A stretch of DNA of 64,000 bases. It comes from an uncultured bacterium. Lineage in GTDB: Bacteria > Patescibacteriota > Minisyncoccia > UBA6257 > 2-01-FULL-56-20. This document shows, piece by piece, positions 19,316 through 28,240 of the stretch. The notes beneath the pieces were generated by a model, which ran no database searches, was not told where the DNA came from, and was given only the letters and a program-made list of their open reading frames with translations. The stretch spans positions 442,902 through 506,901 of the forward strand of contig CAVRXN010000002.1 of the NCBI GenBank assembly GCA_963725235.1, in the 5' to 3' direction. A program made the position numbers and the translations under genes. The first letter of the stretch is position 1. Every line of letters begins with the position of its first letter.

Positions 19316-19488
19316 GCAGGCGGGAGGGTTGTTTATTCAACAGCTCGACCGGCTGACGACCATGTATTGGCCTGTCCTCCTGCGGTAAACGCAGGATCTC
19401 ACCTACAGAGGAGACTGTTGCAGGCGAGCTTCCGCGCCCTTGCCGCAGGGAGGACAGGTTTCGTTTTCACAGCAATTGCAAAAGTTCT
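19316..19488 (-). promoter_or_regulatory. structured leader of about 170 nt (candidate cis-regulatory RNA, class unknown)
   Basis: Long-range stem CCTGTCCTCCCTGCGG (19443-19458) with CCGCAGGAGGACAGG (19381-19395). A competing local hairpin lies at 19389-19405. An AGGAGG sits inside the stem. Confidence 0.45.
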
Positions 19489-19494
19489 GCTTGC

Positions 19495-19522
19495 ATTATA
19501 GCAAATTCTGCGATGTTGTCAA
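19495..19522 (-). promoter_or_regulatory. consensus sigma70 promoter TTGACA-N16-TATAAT
   Basis: On the minus strand, TTGACA (19517-19522) and TATAAT (19495-19500). Confidence 0.7.
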
Positions 19523-20055
19523 GCAGCTGTGCTGGACGGGTACATCGGTGACACTTTCTGGTTCTTGTAATGGTACTCGACCGGTACCTCGTAGCCAAGG
19601 GTCTGATGGGGACGCTTGAAATTGTATTCGATCAGCCACTCGGTCATCTTTCGATTGAAGGCATCGCAGTCGGTACTCATGTTGCCCAGCTGGAGAAATT
19701 CCCGCTCGATGGTGCCATTGAACCGTTCGTCCACGGGATTGTCTTTGGGCGTTCTCGGACGCGAATGGTAATGCGGCAACGAAAGTTCTGCAGCTGCCTC
19801 CCGGAAATATTTTGCAAACTCGCTGCCATTGTCCGTCTGGAGATTCTCGATCAACGCCGCATTCTCTTTGTTTGCCCGGTAGAAATCAAACCAGTCCAGA
19901 CGCTTCTTGGCTTCAGTGCTGAGCGTGGGAATCCGGGCGAGCTCCATCGCCCCCGGCAGGATATGGGAGGTAGGCATGTTGTGCCCAGCATACCTCGTTT
20001 TGCCGCTATTTTTGATCCGTAGTTTGTAGGTCATCGGGCAACACCAGAGTGTCAC
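19519..20055 (-). pseudogene. transposase remnant: N-terminal HTH fragment fused in frame to the C-terminal half of the integrase core
   Basis: LSTEAKKRLDWFDFYRANKENAAL joins directly to LQTDNGSEF..SRPRTPKDNPVDERFNGT..YNFKRPHQTLG. The first part of the DDE domain is absent. Confidence 0.7.
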
Positions 20056-20062
20056 CGATGTA
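19541..20062 (-). mobile_element. internally deleted IS remnant (rve-type transposase) with intact terminal inverted repeats
   Basis: TACATCGGTGACACTTTCTGG (19541-19561) against the reverse complement of CCAGAGTGTCACCGATGTA (20044-20062). About 522 bp between the ends. Confidence 0.65.
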
Positions 20063-20149
20063 TCTCATCTTCCGCAGCAGCAGCCAGAGCAAAACCGAGA
20101 TACCAAAAACTTTAGAAAGTTTTAATCGATGAAATGGTAGAGTGTAGGC

Positions 20150-21250
20150 ATGAACTATAAATTTACGGTCGCTCTCATCGCGATCGCGGTGGTTTTGTTG
20201 ATCCTGCGATTTGGAAATTTTACATCAAAAACGCCTTCGAGCTCGCTCGAAAAACCACCGCCACCGATTGCGCTCCCCGTCACAATCAATAACTCGCTAT
20301 CGTTAATTACCGAGCCGGATGACGGCATGGCGCCAGTCATCGCAGCAATCAACGGCGCGTCGAGCTCGATCGACCTCACGATCTACGAACTGAGCGCCGG
20401 CCAAGTCGAACAAGCGCTACTCGCCGCCGCCCGGCGCGGCATCGCCGTCCGTGTCCTGCTCGACCACGGCTACAAAGGCACGCCATCCGCCGAAAACGCC
20501 GGTGCATACAATTATTTGCATTCGAACGACATCCCCGTCCGCTGGTCATCCCCCGCTTTTACGTTCACGCATGAAAAATCGATGACAATCGATTACGCTG
20601 ACGCCGCCGCCGAATCGGTCATCATGAGCTTCAACATAACATCGGCCGCGTTTATCGGCGATCGGGATTTCGGGATATTCGACCGCGCGCCGGAAGATGT
20701 CGCTGCGATGGAGGCGACGTTTGATGATGATTGGGACAGCGCGCGCGAAGGCGCGGGTATCGAAAGCACAGCGACAGGCGGCAACTACGGTGAAACCGGA
20801 AGCGGCGACCTCGTCTGGAGCCCCGGCTCGGAAAGCGAATTGATTGCGCTAATCGCGAGCGCCAAGACCTCGCTCGACGTCTATAACGAGGAAATGGACG
20901 ATCCGACGATCGAAAGCGCACTCGAAGCGGCAGCGCGCCGTGGCGTTCGAGTCGAAGTCGTCATGACCTACGCGACGACATGGAAAGCCGCATTCGCATC
21001 GCTCGCCGCAGCCGGCGTCGCGATCCGGACGTACTCCGCGCGCGCCTCGCTCTACATCCATGCAAAAATGATCGCCGCCGACGCCGGCACGGCCGCCGCC
21101 CGCGCCTTCATCGGCTCGGAAAACTTCTCGGCAACATCGCTCTGGTATAACCGTGAGCTCGGGATCATATTTTTAAACCCGACGCTGATTGCAGCGGTCG
21201 AGCAGACGTTTGCGCGTGACTGGGTCGCCGCTACACCTTTTTCTCCCTGA
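20150..21250 (+). CDS. phospholipase D-like (two HKD motifs) membrane-anchored/secreted protein
   Basis: N-terminal TM. HEKSMTID and HAKMIAAD..GSENFS (HxKxxxxD twice). Confidence 0.8.
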   Translation: MNYKFTVALIAIAVVLLILRFGNFTSKTPSSSLEKPPPPIALPVTINNSLSLITEPDDGMAPVIAAINGASSSIDLTIYELSAGQVEQALLAAARRGIAVRVLLDHGYKGTPSAENAGAYNYLHSNDIPVRWSSPAFTFTHEKSMTIDYADAAAESVIMSFNITSAAFIGDRDFGIFDRAPEDVAAMEATFDDDWDSAREGAGIESTATGGNYGETGSGDLVWSPGSESELIALIASAKTSLDVYNEEMDDPTIESALEAAARRGVRVEVVMTYATTWKAAFASLAAAGVAIRTYSARASLYIHAKMIAADAGTAAARAFIGSENFSATSLWYNRELGIIFLNPTLIAAVEQTFARDWVAATPFSP

Positions 21251-21264
21251 ATCCAAAATACATC

Positions 21265-21459
21265 TTACAGAATGTGATTTGGGTCGAATTCTATCATCCA
21301 TTCAATACCATATTTGTCCCTAAACATTGCGAAGTATGAACCCCAAGGGCTGTCGCCAATGGGCATTTCAACGGTACCTCCTGTCGAGAGCCCTTTGAAT
21401 AATCTGTCCGCTTCTTCCGCATTTCCGTTGAAGTTAATGTGTGGATTGATAAGTGCCAT
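21265..21459 (-). pseudogene. VOC/PhnB-like protein remnant with central in-frame deletion
   Basis: MALINPHINFNGNAEEA joins directly to DRLFKGLSTGGTVEMPIGDSPWGSYFAMFRDKYGIEWMIEF. Full-length relatives, as I recall them, are about twice as long. Confidence 0.5.
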
Positions 21460-21598
21460 ATTTTTATTTTTTTATTGTTACGGTACTAATATGATAAAAC
21501 TAATTTAATAATTCATCAATTGGGACGGGCAGTATGGGACGAAATTCGAACAACACTTGTGGGGTAATATACCAGATCGACCCAATTTTATTAGGGAC

Positions 21599-21626
21599 TT
21601 GACGGAAGAAACAAGAGGGGTATAAT
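21599..21626 (+). promoter_or_regulatory. near-consensus promoter TTGACG-N16-TATAAT
   Basis: TTGACG at 21599-21604 and TATAAT at 21621-21626. Confidence 0.6.
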
Positions 21627-21632
21627 CGAAAC

Positions 21633-21820
21633 CAGAACCTTAGGGTTATATGGTCACCGCGGTGGTTTCGACCATTTCGTCTTCCGTTTTGCGCTGTTGC
21701 GTCTGTTGTGACTTGTTGTGTCTGTTTCGACCATTTCGTTCTTTCCGTTTTCCGTTTGCGATCGCATGGTCGCTCCATAAGCCCCAATGAGAGAAATCTC
21801 AAAGGGGCTTTATTATTTCT
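21633..21820 (+). ncRNA. candidate non-coding RNA of about 185 nt, class unknown
   Basis: Lies between its own promoter and the terminator AAGCCCCAA-TGAGA-GAAA-TCTCA-AA-GGGGCTT + TATTATTTCT (21779-21820). Closing stem GGGTTATATGG (21643-53) with CCATAAGCCC (21775-84). No credible ORF. Confidence 0.4.
21665..21754 (+). repeat. two copies of a direct repeat of about 30 nt, spaced 59 nt
   Basis: GTTTCGACCATTTCGTCTTCCGTTTTGCG (21665-21693) and GTTTCGACCATTTCGTTCTTTCCGTTTTCCG (21724-21754). Confidence 0.8.
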
Positions 21821-21823
21821 CCG

Positions 21824-21910
21824 CGGAGAGGGAGGGATTCGAACCCTCGATACCATTTCTGGTATACGATCTTTCCAGGATCGTTGTTTCAGCCACTCGC
21901 ACACCTCTCC
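21824..21910 (-). tRNA. tRNA-Ser (anticodon GGA)
   Basis: GGAGAGG acceptor, anticodon loop CTGGAAA, long variable arm ATACCA-GAAA-TGGTAT, T arm GAGGGTTCGAATCCCTC. 87 nt, no encoded CCA. Confidence 0.9.
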
Positions 21911-21932
21911 TCGCGCGGCCACCGGCCGCAAT

Positions 21933-22625
21933 TCACCCAATGATTGTGCCCTGAAACTCATTTCCATTCAAGAGGGCGGCAAAGTTCTTGAGGTTGCGGC
22001 CATCGATGATGATGGCGCGCACGCCGGCACGATCGCCAAGCGCTGCGCCGACGGGATCGACGGGCGCGTGGAGGCCGGGCTTCCACTTGCGCGGGATGAG
22101 CTTGCGGTAATCGCCCCACGAGATGCGGTCGAACTTTTTCGCACCTCGAATTTTCGCCGGATCGCGCTCGTAAACATGCGACGGCTTGCCAGCGATGATC
22201 GCCTCCCCTGCACCGAAATCGGCGGCTAGTTGCATGGCAACATAGTCCGTCGACCAGCCCGGCCGCCAGCCGGCGGCGATCGTAACGGGATATTTCGGCG
22301 CGGCGATTCGCTTCCGCGCATCAATCATCACCGGATCGGCGACGTCGCGGAAGATTGTCCGGAGCAAATGGCCATTCAACCGCGTTGCGTGGATGCCGAT
22401 CCAGTCCTTGTCTTCGTCGGTCAACTTCGAAACGTCATGTGCGGCTTCCTGAAAACGCCGGGCGAGCTTGCCGCCGCCAACAACTAAAACGAACCGCATG
22501 CCGCGCCGTACAAACGGCGCAAGAAACTTTTTAAAATCCTTTAAGAATTTCGTGTCGATGGCGTCGGGATGGACGATGGAGCCGCCCAAAGCGACCACTA
22601 CAATTTTTGAGAATTTATAATGCAT
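21933..22625 (-). CDS. pyrH: UMP kinase, archaeal-type amino-acid-kinase fold
   Basis: VVVALGGS..VLVVGGGKLAR..AAGWRPGWSTDYVAMQLAADFGA.. Confidence 0.75.
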   Translation of the reverse strand: MHYKFSKIVVVALGGSIVHPDAIDTKFLKDFKKFLAPFVRRGMRFVLVVGGGKLARRFQEAAHDVSKLTDEDKDWIGIHATRLNGHLLRTIFRDVADPVMIDARKRIAAPKYPVTIAAGWRPGWSTDYVAMQLAADFGAGEAIIAGKPSHVYERDPAKIRGAKKFDRISWGDYRKLIPRKWKPGLHAPVDPVGAALGDRAGVRAIIIDGRNLKNFAALLNGNEFQGTIIG

Positions 22626-22631
22626 GCGAAG

Positions 22632-23547
22632 TTATCCCAACCCTCCCATAGCCCGAAGCGCAGCAATGCGTTCCTCGATCGGCGGATGCGTCGCAAACAG
22701 CTTATGCCACCAGGACGTCCCCTTGCCCTTGAACGGCGTGTCGAGCCACATATGCGCGGTCGAATCCTTCGCCGTGCGCATCGGGACCTCGTCCGCACCG
22801 ATCTTTTGCAGGGCCGAGATCAGGCCTTCGGGATAGCGCGTCAGCAAAACGCCGGACGCATCGGCGAGCGCTTCGCGGCGGCGCGAGATGGCAAGTTGGA
22901 TGAGCATCGTGCCGATCGGCGCGAGGATGGATAAAACGATCGCGGCGATGAAAAATATTTCTTGCGCTTCACCGTTGCCACGTCCACCGCGACCGCCGCC
23001 AATCCCGCCAAACATCAGCGACCGTAAAAACACGTCGGCAATCAGCGCAATAATGCCCGCGAGAATCGCGGCGACGGTCGAAACGAGGATATCGCGGTTC
23101 TTAACGTGCGAGAGCTCGTGCGCGATGACACCTTGTAACTCATCCTTATCGAGCCGCTGCAGCGCGCCAGCCGTTACCGCAACCGCCGCATGATCCTTAT
23201 CCCGCCCGGTTGCAAACGCATTAATCTGTAGCTCCGGCGTTATATACAGCTTCGGCATCGGCAAACCGTCGGCGATGCATAAATTTTCGACGATATTCCA
23301 AAGCATGCGGATTATCCGCTTTCTGAACCTCTTTCGCGCGCGCGAGCGACAGCGCGATCTTCGCTGATGCATAATAACTGATCAAAGAATACGCGACAAC
23401 GAAAATTATCGCGAAGATTAAAAAATCCGGACTACCGTAGGCCTCACTAATAACGTAACCAAGCCCGACGATGACAACAAAAAACACCACGAACATGACC
23501 CATGTCCGGCGTACGTTGGCGGCCTGATAGTCGTAAATGTTTGCCAT
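22632..23547 (-). pseudogene. htpX: HtpX-type M48 zinc protease, frame broken by one extra base
   Basis: ORFs 23221..23547 (N-terminal TMs) and 22632..23372 (GLPMPKLYI..NAFATG..HELSHVKNRD). Confidence 0.85.
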
Positions 23548-23566
23548 TTAAAAATTTAACTTTACA

Positions 23567-23959
23567 TTATCGCCATTCACCTTTAAAGCGCAAGAGGTAT
23601 ATTAGACCTAAGATGCTGATGAGTGCTAATGGAATACCGATGACTCCTGCGATACCTATCGGCACTGTAATAAGTAAAAGAATTATTGCGGGTACTTTTG
23701 CCCATTTTTTCATCAATATCATTCCGATACCTATCCCCCAAAAGCAAAGAATTAATAAAAGCACCACCAAGGCAAATCGACTGAATTCTGCAGAAGTGCC
23801 CGGCAGTGGACCGCTATCACCTAATGCAGATCCAAGCCCAACTGCAACATATCCGATAATACACAAAAATCCCCACAGAAATAAATATATTGAGACCATC
23901 CTGATGCCCATCGGATTGGTCGCTGCTGGAGAATGAACAGAATTTTCCTGATCAGTCAT
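23567..23959 (-). CDS. hypothetical 4-TM membrane protein
   Basis: 130 aa, four hydrophobic segments. Lies between lemA and htpX. Confidence 0.5.
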   Translation of the reverse strand: MTDQENSVHSPAATNPMGIRMVSIYLFLWGFLCIIGYVAVGLGSALGDSGPLPGTSAEFSRFALVVLLLILCFWGIGIGMILMKKWAKVPAIILLLITVPIGIAGVIGIPLALISILGLIYLLRFKGEWR

Positions 23960-23966
23960 TGGAAAT

Positions 23967-24530
23967 TTAGAACTTCACTGCCACCGGCTGTCGCTCCGCA
24001 TCCGTCAGGTCATTTCCAAAGAAGTCCATCTTCATGAAGCCGAATGAGCCGGCGATCATGTTTGTTGGGAACGACTGCAAGCGCGTGTTGTAATCGCGAA
24101 CCATGCCGTTGTAGAAGCGGCGCGCGGCCTGGATCTTGTCTTCTGTATCGGTCAATTCACCCTGCAACTGCAAGAAATTCTGGTTCGCTTTTAAGTCCGG
24201 ATAATTTTCCGCGACGGCGAATAACGACTTCAAAGCGCCGGACAACTGGTTCTCGGCTGCCGCTTTCTGATCATTTGGACCAGCCGGAGCCGACATCGCC
24301 GCCGTGCGGGCTTTCGTAACATCCTCAAAAACCGTCTTTTCATGGGCGGCATATCCTTGGACGGTGGACACCAAATTCGGGATCAAATCGTAGCGTCGCT
24401 TCAACTGGACGTCGATGTCGGAAAACGCTTCCTGCGTGCGATTACGGCCGCGTACAAGGCCATTATAGGCCGCGATGTACCAGATGACGAGGATTACAAC
24501 AATTACTATCAGAATCCATAAGATAATCAT
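23967..24530 (-). CDS. lemA: LemA family protein
   Basis: N-terminal TM, then YNGLVRGRNRTQEAFSDIDVQLKRRYDLIPNLV..ENYPDLKAN..F. Confidence 0.85.
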   Translation of the reverse strand: MIILWILIVIVVILVIWYIAAYNGLVRGRNRTQEAFSDIDVQLKRRYDLIPNLVSTVQGYAAHEKTVFEDVTKARTAAMSAPAGPNDQKAAAENQLSGALKSLFAVAENYPDLKANQNFLQLQGELTDTEDKIQAARRFYNGMVRDYNTRLQSFPTNMIAGSFGFMKMDFFGNDLTDAERQPVAVKF

Positions 24531-24575
24531 ATTAGTATTATACCAGCTATACGATTTGACAGCAAGAAAGGGTGC

Positions 24576-26095
24576 CTACCCCTCCGCGACGACGTGATGC
24601 TCCTGGGTAAGATGCTCTTTCGGCACCGTGATGAGAAACGCCAAGAATGAGCCAACGATAATGACGACGCCGGCAACATCAAATACGAATGCGTAGCTGG
24701 CGACTTGTGCTTTCAACTCAATCAAACCGATAAATGTTTGCATCGCCTGGGGGCTCGTCGAGCGCAAGATACTTTGCAGTGCGATCTGCAGAACATTGCC
24801 ATTGATCCGACCGTCAAGGATGGTGCTGAAAATGGCGACGCCGAATGCGCCGGAAATATTGCGGACGAGCGCAAGGACGGCGGATGCTTCCCCGATATCG
24901 TCTTTCGGGACGGCGACAGCAACGAGATTAGTACGCTGCGCCATGCCAAAGCCGAGGCCGAACGCGAGGATACATAAAGGAACGATCAAGTCGAGCGCCG
25001 TCGAGCGCGGGTCGATATTCGAAAGCAAAAGCATACCGATGCCGGCGACGAACGTGCTTGCGAAAATAACATATGCCGGTTTGACTTTGCCGATTAATTG
25101 GCCGCCGAGCGGCGCGCCGATCATGAGAGCTATCGCGAGGGGTATGAAAAGGTAGCCAGTTTTCGTGGCGTCATAGCCCAAAAAGGTTTCAGCAAAGATC
25201 GGAATCAAGGAAAATCGCGCCGATCAAACGCCATAAATACGACGAAGTTATTGATGAGTGTGTTGACAAACGTGCCGATCTTGAAGAATGCGAGATTGAT
25301 GATAGGTTCGGTCTCGCGGAATTCAATAAAGTAGAACCATATGCCGAATGCGATGGTCCCAAGATAGCAGAGAACGCTCGCGATCGATGTCCATCCCCAG
25401 GTTTGGCCCTGGTCGAGGACGAGGGTTAAGGTAAAGAGTGCCGCGCCAAGCGTCGAAGAACCCCACCAGTCAAAATGTGCCGCACGCTTTTCACCAACCG
25501 ATTCGTCGATATAGCGGAACGCGAGGAATAAGCCAATGATGCCGAGCGGAATGTTCACAAAAAAAACCGAGCGCCAGTTGAAATTGTCGATCAGCGGGCC
25601 ACCGATCAAAGGACCAAAAACCGAGGCCACCGCGAAGGCGCCGGACCAAATGCCGAGCGCCTGCGCGCGTTCTTTTACGTCGGTAAACGTGACCGACAAA
25701 ATTGCCATCGCGGTTGGATAATCGGCGCTGACGGCAAAGCCCTGGATGATGCGGAACGCGATCATCGATGTCAGATTCCATGCGATCGCGCAGAGGCCGG
25801 ATGCGATAATAAAGCCGATGAAACCGATCAGATAGATGCGCTTGCGGCCGGCGGTATCGCCAAGCTTTCCCCAGACCGGAACGAAAACCGCGTTCGCTAA
25901 AATATATGCCGTCGAAATCCAGGCAGCATCGCTGACGCTGATGCTGAAGTCGCCGATGATTTTCGGGAGCGCGAGGTTAACGACTGTTTGGTCGAGACGG
26001 CCGAGAAATGTGCCAAAAATAACCGTGGCCAAGACAATCCACCTTAGATTACTCTTCTCGCCAGTTTTTGTCGTTAGTTGGGTTTCTTCTGCCAT
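24576..26095 (-). pseudogene. MFS drug efflux transporter (DHA2/EmrB-like, 14 TM), frame broken twice
   Basis: ORF 25205..26095 (LGRLDQTVVNLALP..GKLGDTAGRKR) and ORF 24576..25208 (IPIFAETFLGYDATKTG..). Confidence 0.85.
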
Positions 26096-26120
26096 AAATT
26101 AATACTTGCAGCATAAAGAT

Positions 26121-26739
26121 TTATTTTGTATACACCCAAATCCGTGCCGACATTCCATTCTTCAGCTGTGGATATTTCATTGGATCAAATCGGACATAGA
26201 CATCGAATTGGTTCGTCGGGCGCTGGTCGGAAATATCGAAGACGACACTGCCGGCGTTCGACGTCGGTGCAACCTCATCGACAACGCCCTGGAACTGCTG
26301 GCCGCCGAATGCGTCGACAGTAAACATAGCCGAATCGCCAACGGCAACATCCGACAATCCTTTATTCTCATCCAGCTCGCCAACAACGCGCAACTGTGTC
26401 GGGTCGATCATCGTCGCGACATTCGCCTTGCCCGTCAATGGGTTTTCATATTCACCAATATTCTGGTCAACCGAAACGATCTCCCCCGACGTCTGTGCTT
26501 CGACAATCTCATTCCCAACTTCGCGCAACCGGCTCATTCGCCGTCACCATATCACCAACATTTACATACACCGCCTGCAAAATGCCGGAGTTCGCCGGTG
26601 ACAGATTAATCAACGGCGCCTGAATAACCGACTGATCGATATATACCGTCTTAGATGAAACATAGAAATATGCCACACCGCCTACGATGCCAATGACTAT
26701 CAGTGCTCCGATTATTGCCACCAAAAGTTTTCGATTCAT
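26121..26739 (-). pseudogene. short HlyD/EmrA-like adaptor, frame broken by one extra base
   Basis: ORF 26509..26739 (TM plus ..SGILQAVYVNVGDMVTANEPVA) and ORF 26121..26537 (..VGNEIVEAQTSGEIV..MSARIWVY). Confidence 0.75.
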
Positions 26740-26740
26740 G

Positions 26741-28240
26741 TTAGAAGTTTGCGAGTTGATCGCCTTGGTTTATTCCCGACGTTATTTCTGTCATCCCGTT
26801 ATCTCCTATGAGCCCGATCGTTACCGGCACCTGCGCCGTGCCCGTTGCCGTTTGGACCGTTACCGAATACCCGTTGCCGCTATTGATGACGAGCCGGCTT
26901 GGCACTTCAATAACATTATCATCCTCGGCAAGTATCAGATGCGCATTGCCGGTCATGCCGTCTTTCAATTGCGGCTGCACGGTTATAAAGTGCAGCGTTA
27001 CAAGATAGGCCGGCGTGCCATTGACCGACGTCTGCGTATTGCTGATCGTCGTCACGGTCGCCGGGAATGTCGTGCTTGCAGGGAATGCGTCGAGGGAAAT
27101 TAGCGCCGTATCCCCCGTTTTCACTTTCGCCACATCCGTTTCCGAAACATACGCCTGGATCTTTAAGCCGCCATTGTTAACGAGTGATGCGACCGGTGCG
27201 CCGGGCGAAACGACTTGGCCAATCTGCGCAGTAAGATTTTCTACCGTTCCGGAGAACGGTGCGACAAGGGTCGTATTGCTGAGCGCAACCTGCGCCGCGG
27301 TCTGGCCAGCCTGTGCCTGCGCAACGGCTGCTTGCAACGCCTCGATTGCCTGCGGCGTCGACCCCGCCTGCGCGAGCGTCAATGCATTTTGTGCAGTTTG
27401 CAACGCCGACTCGGCATTCGTCAATGTCGTTATCGCCGCATCGACTTCCGTCCGTCCCGCAGCCACATTCGCTTTATACCCCGCAAGCGTCGAAGCGCTG
27501 ATATTCGACTGCGGCGTCGCATCATTTACGGCGAGCGCCAACAAGTCGAGATACGATTGTACGTTCGCGAGCGATGTATTTGCAATTGACACAAGCGACG
27601 TCGCATTCGAACTCGTGCTATTAAGCGCCGCGTACCAGCCGGTCAACGTCGCTTCGATTGCGATGCGTGCGCTGATAACATTGTTCAACTGCTGAGAATC
27701 CGTAATTGGAACGAGGAATGTCGGATTATTGCTTTTAGGATTCGTAAATAAATTATCCGCTTGATTATGCACAGCATCATCCGCCGCCGCGTACGCATTC
27801 CCGATATCAACGTTCTCCGATGACTGCGCGCTCGATACGGCGGTCTCATCAATTGCCAATTGTTCCGGGCGCGTACCGCTCGCCGCCTGGCCAAGATTCG
27901 CTTGCGCCGCTTCGAGTGCCGCAGTCGCCTGCTCGACGTTCGCCTGCAAAGAGCCACTCGAGAGGTTGGCGAGAACCGCCCCCGCGGCCACCGACTGGCC
28001 GTTCGTTACATAAATATTTGCAATCTGCCCGCCCGCCTGAAACGCGAGCGACGCATTATTTTCGGCAAGCACCGTCGCCGGCTCATCCAACGACTCGACA
28101 ACGTTACCGCGGGCCGCGGCTGTCGCGCTGAACGATGGCGCTTTATTCGATCCGACATACCAAATTGCTCCGACGATCGAAACCACGACCGCCAAGCCGA
28201 TCACTATCGAAACCGTATGTTGTGCAAAAAAGTTTTTCAT
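26741..28240 (-). CDS. HlyD family efflux adaptor (long coiled coil)
   Basis: TM, GQIANIYVTNGQSVAAGAVLANL, A/Q/T/S-rich hairpin, LVAPFSGTV, and a barrel region. Confidence 0.8.
   Translation of the reverse strand: MKNFFAQHTVSIVIGLAVVVSIVGAIWYVGSNKAPSFSATAAARGNVVESLDEPATVLAENNASLAFQAGGQIANIYVTNGQSVAAGAVLANLSSGSLQANVEQATAALEAAQANLGQAASGTRPEQLAIDETAVSSAQSSENVDIGNAYAAADDAVHNQADNLFTNPKSNNPTFLVPITDSQQLNNVISARIAIEATLTGWYAALNSTSSNATSLVSIANTSLANVQSYLDLLALAVNDATPQSNISASTLAGYKANVAAGRTEVDAAITTLTNAESALQTAQNALTLAQAGSTPQAIEALQAAVAQAQAGQTAAQVALSNTTLVAPFSGTVENLTAQIGQVVSPGAPVASLVNNGGLKIQAYVSETDVAKVKTGDTALISLDAFPASTTFPATVTTISNTQTSVNGTPAYLVTLHFITVQPQLKDGMTGNAHLILAEDDNVIEVPSRLVINSGNGYSVTVQTATGTAQVPVTIGLIGDNGMTEITSGINQGDQLANF

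Noticed and set aside
18963-19388. 141-aa plus-strand ORF covering the terminator and the small-peptide region
   Set aside because: It runs antisense through a clear minus-strand terminator and promoter-leader unit and has no SD or -10 context.
21665-21754. Possible CRISPR array
   Set aside because: There are only two imperfect repeat copies and one spacer-length gap, no cas genes in the window, and the repeats also pair with flanking sequence. It is kept as a repeat inside a candidate RNA and not called CRISPR.
21500-21967. 155-aa minus-strand ORF
   Set aside because: It reads through tRNA-Ser, a terminator and a promoter region, and shows no protein-like features.
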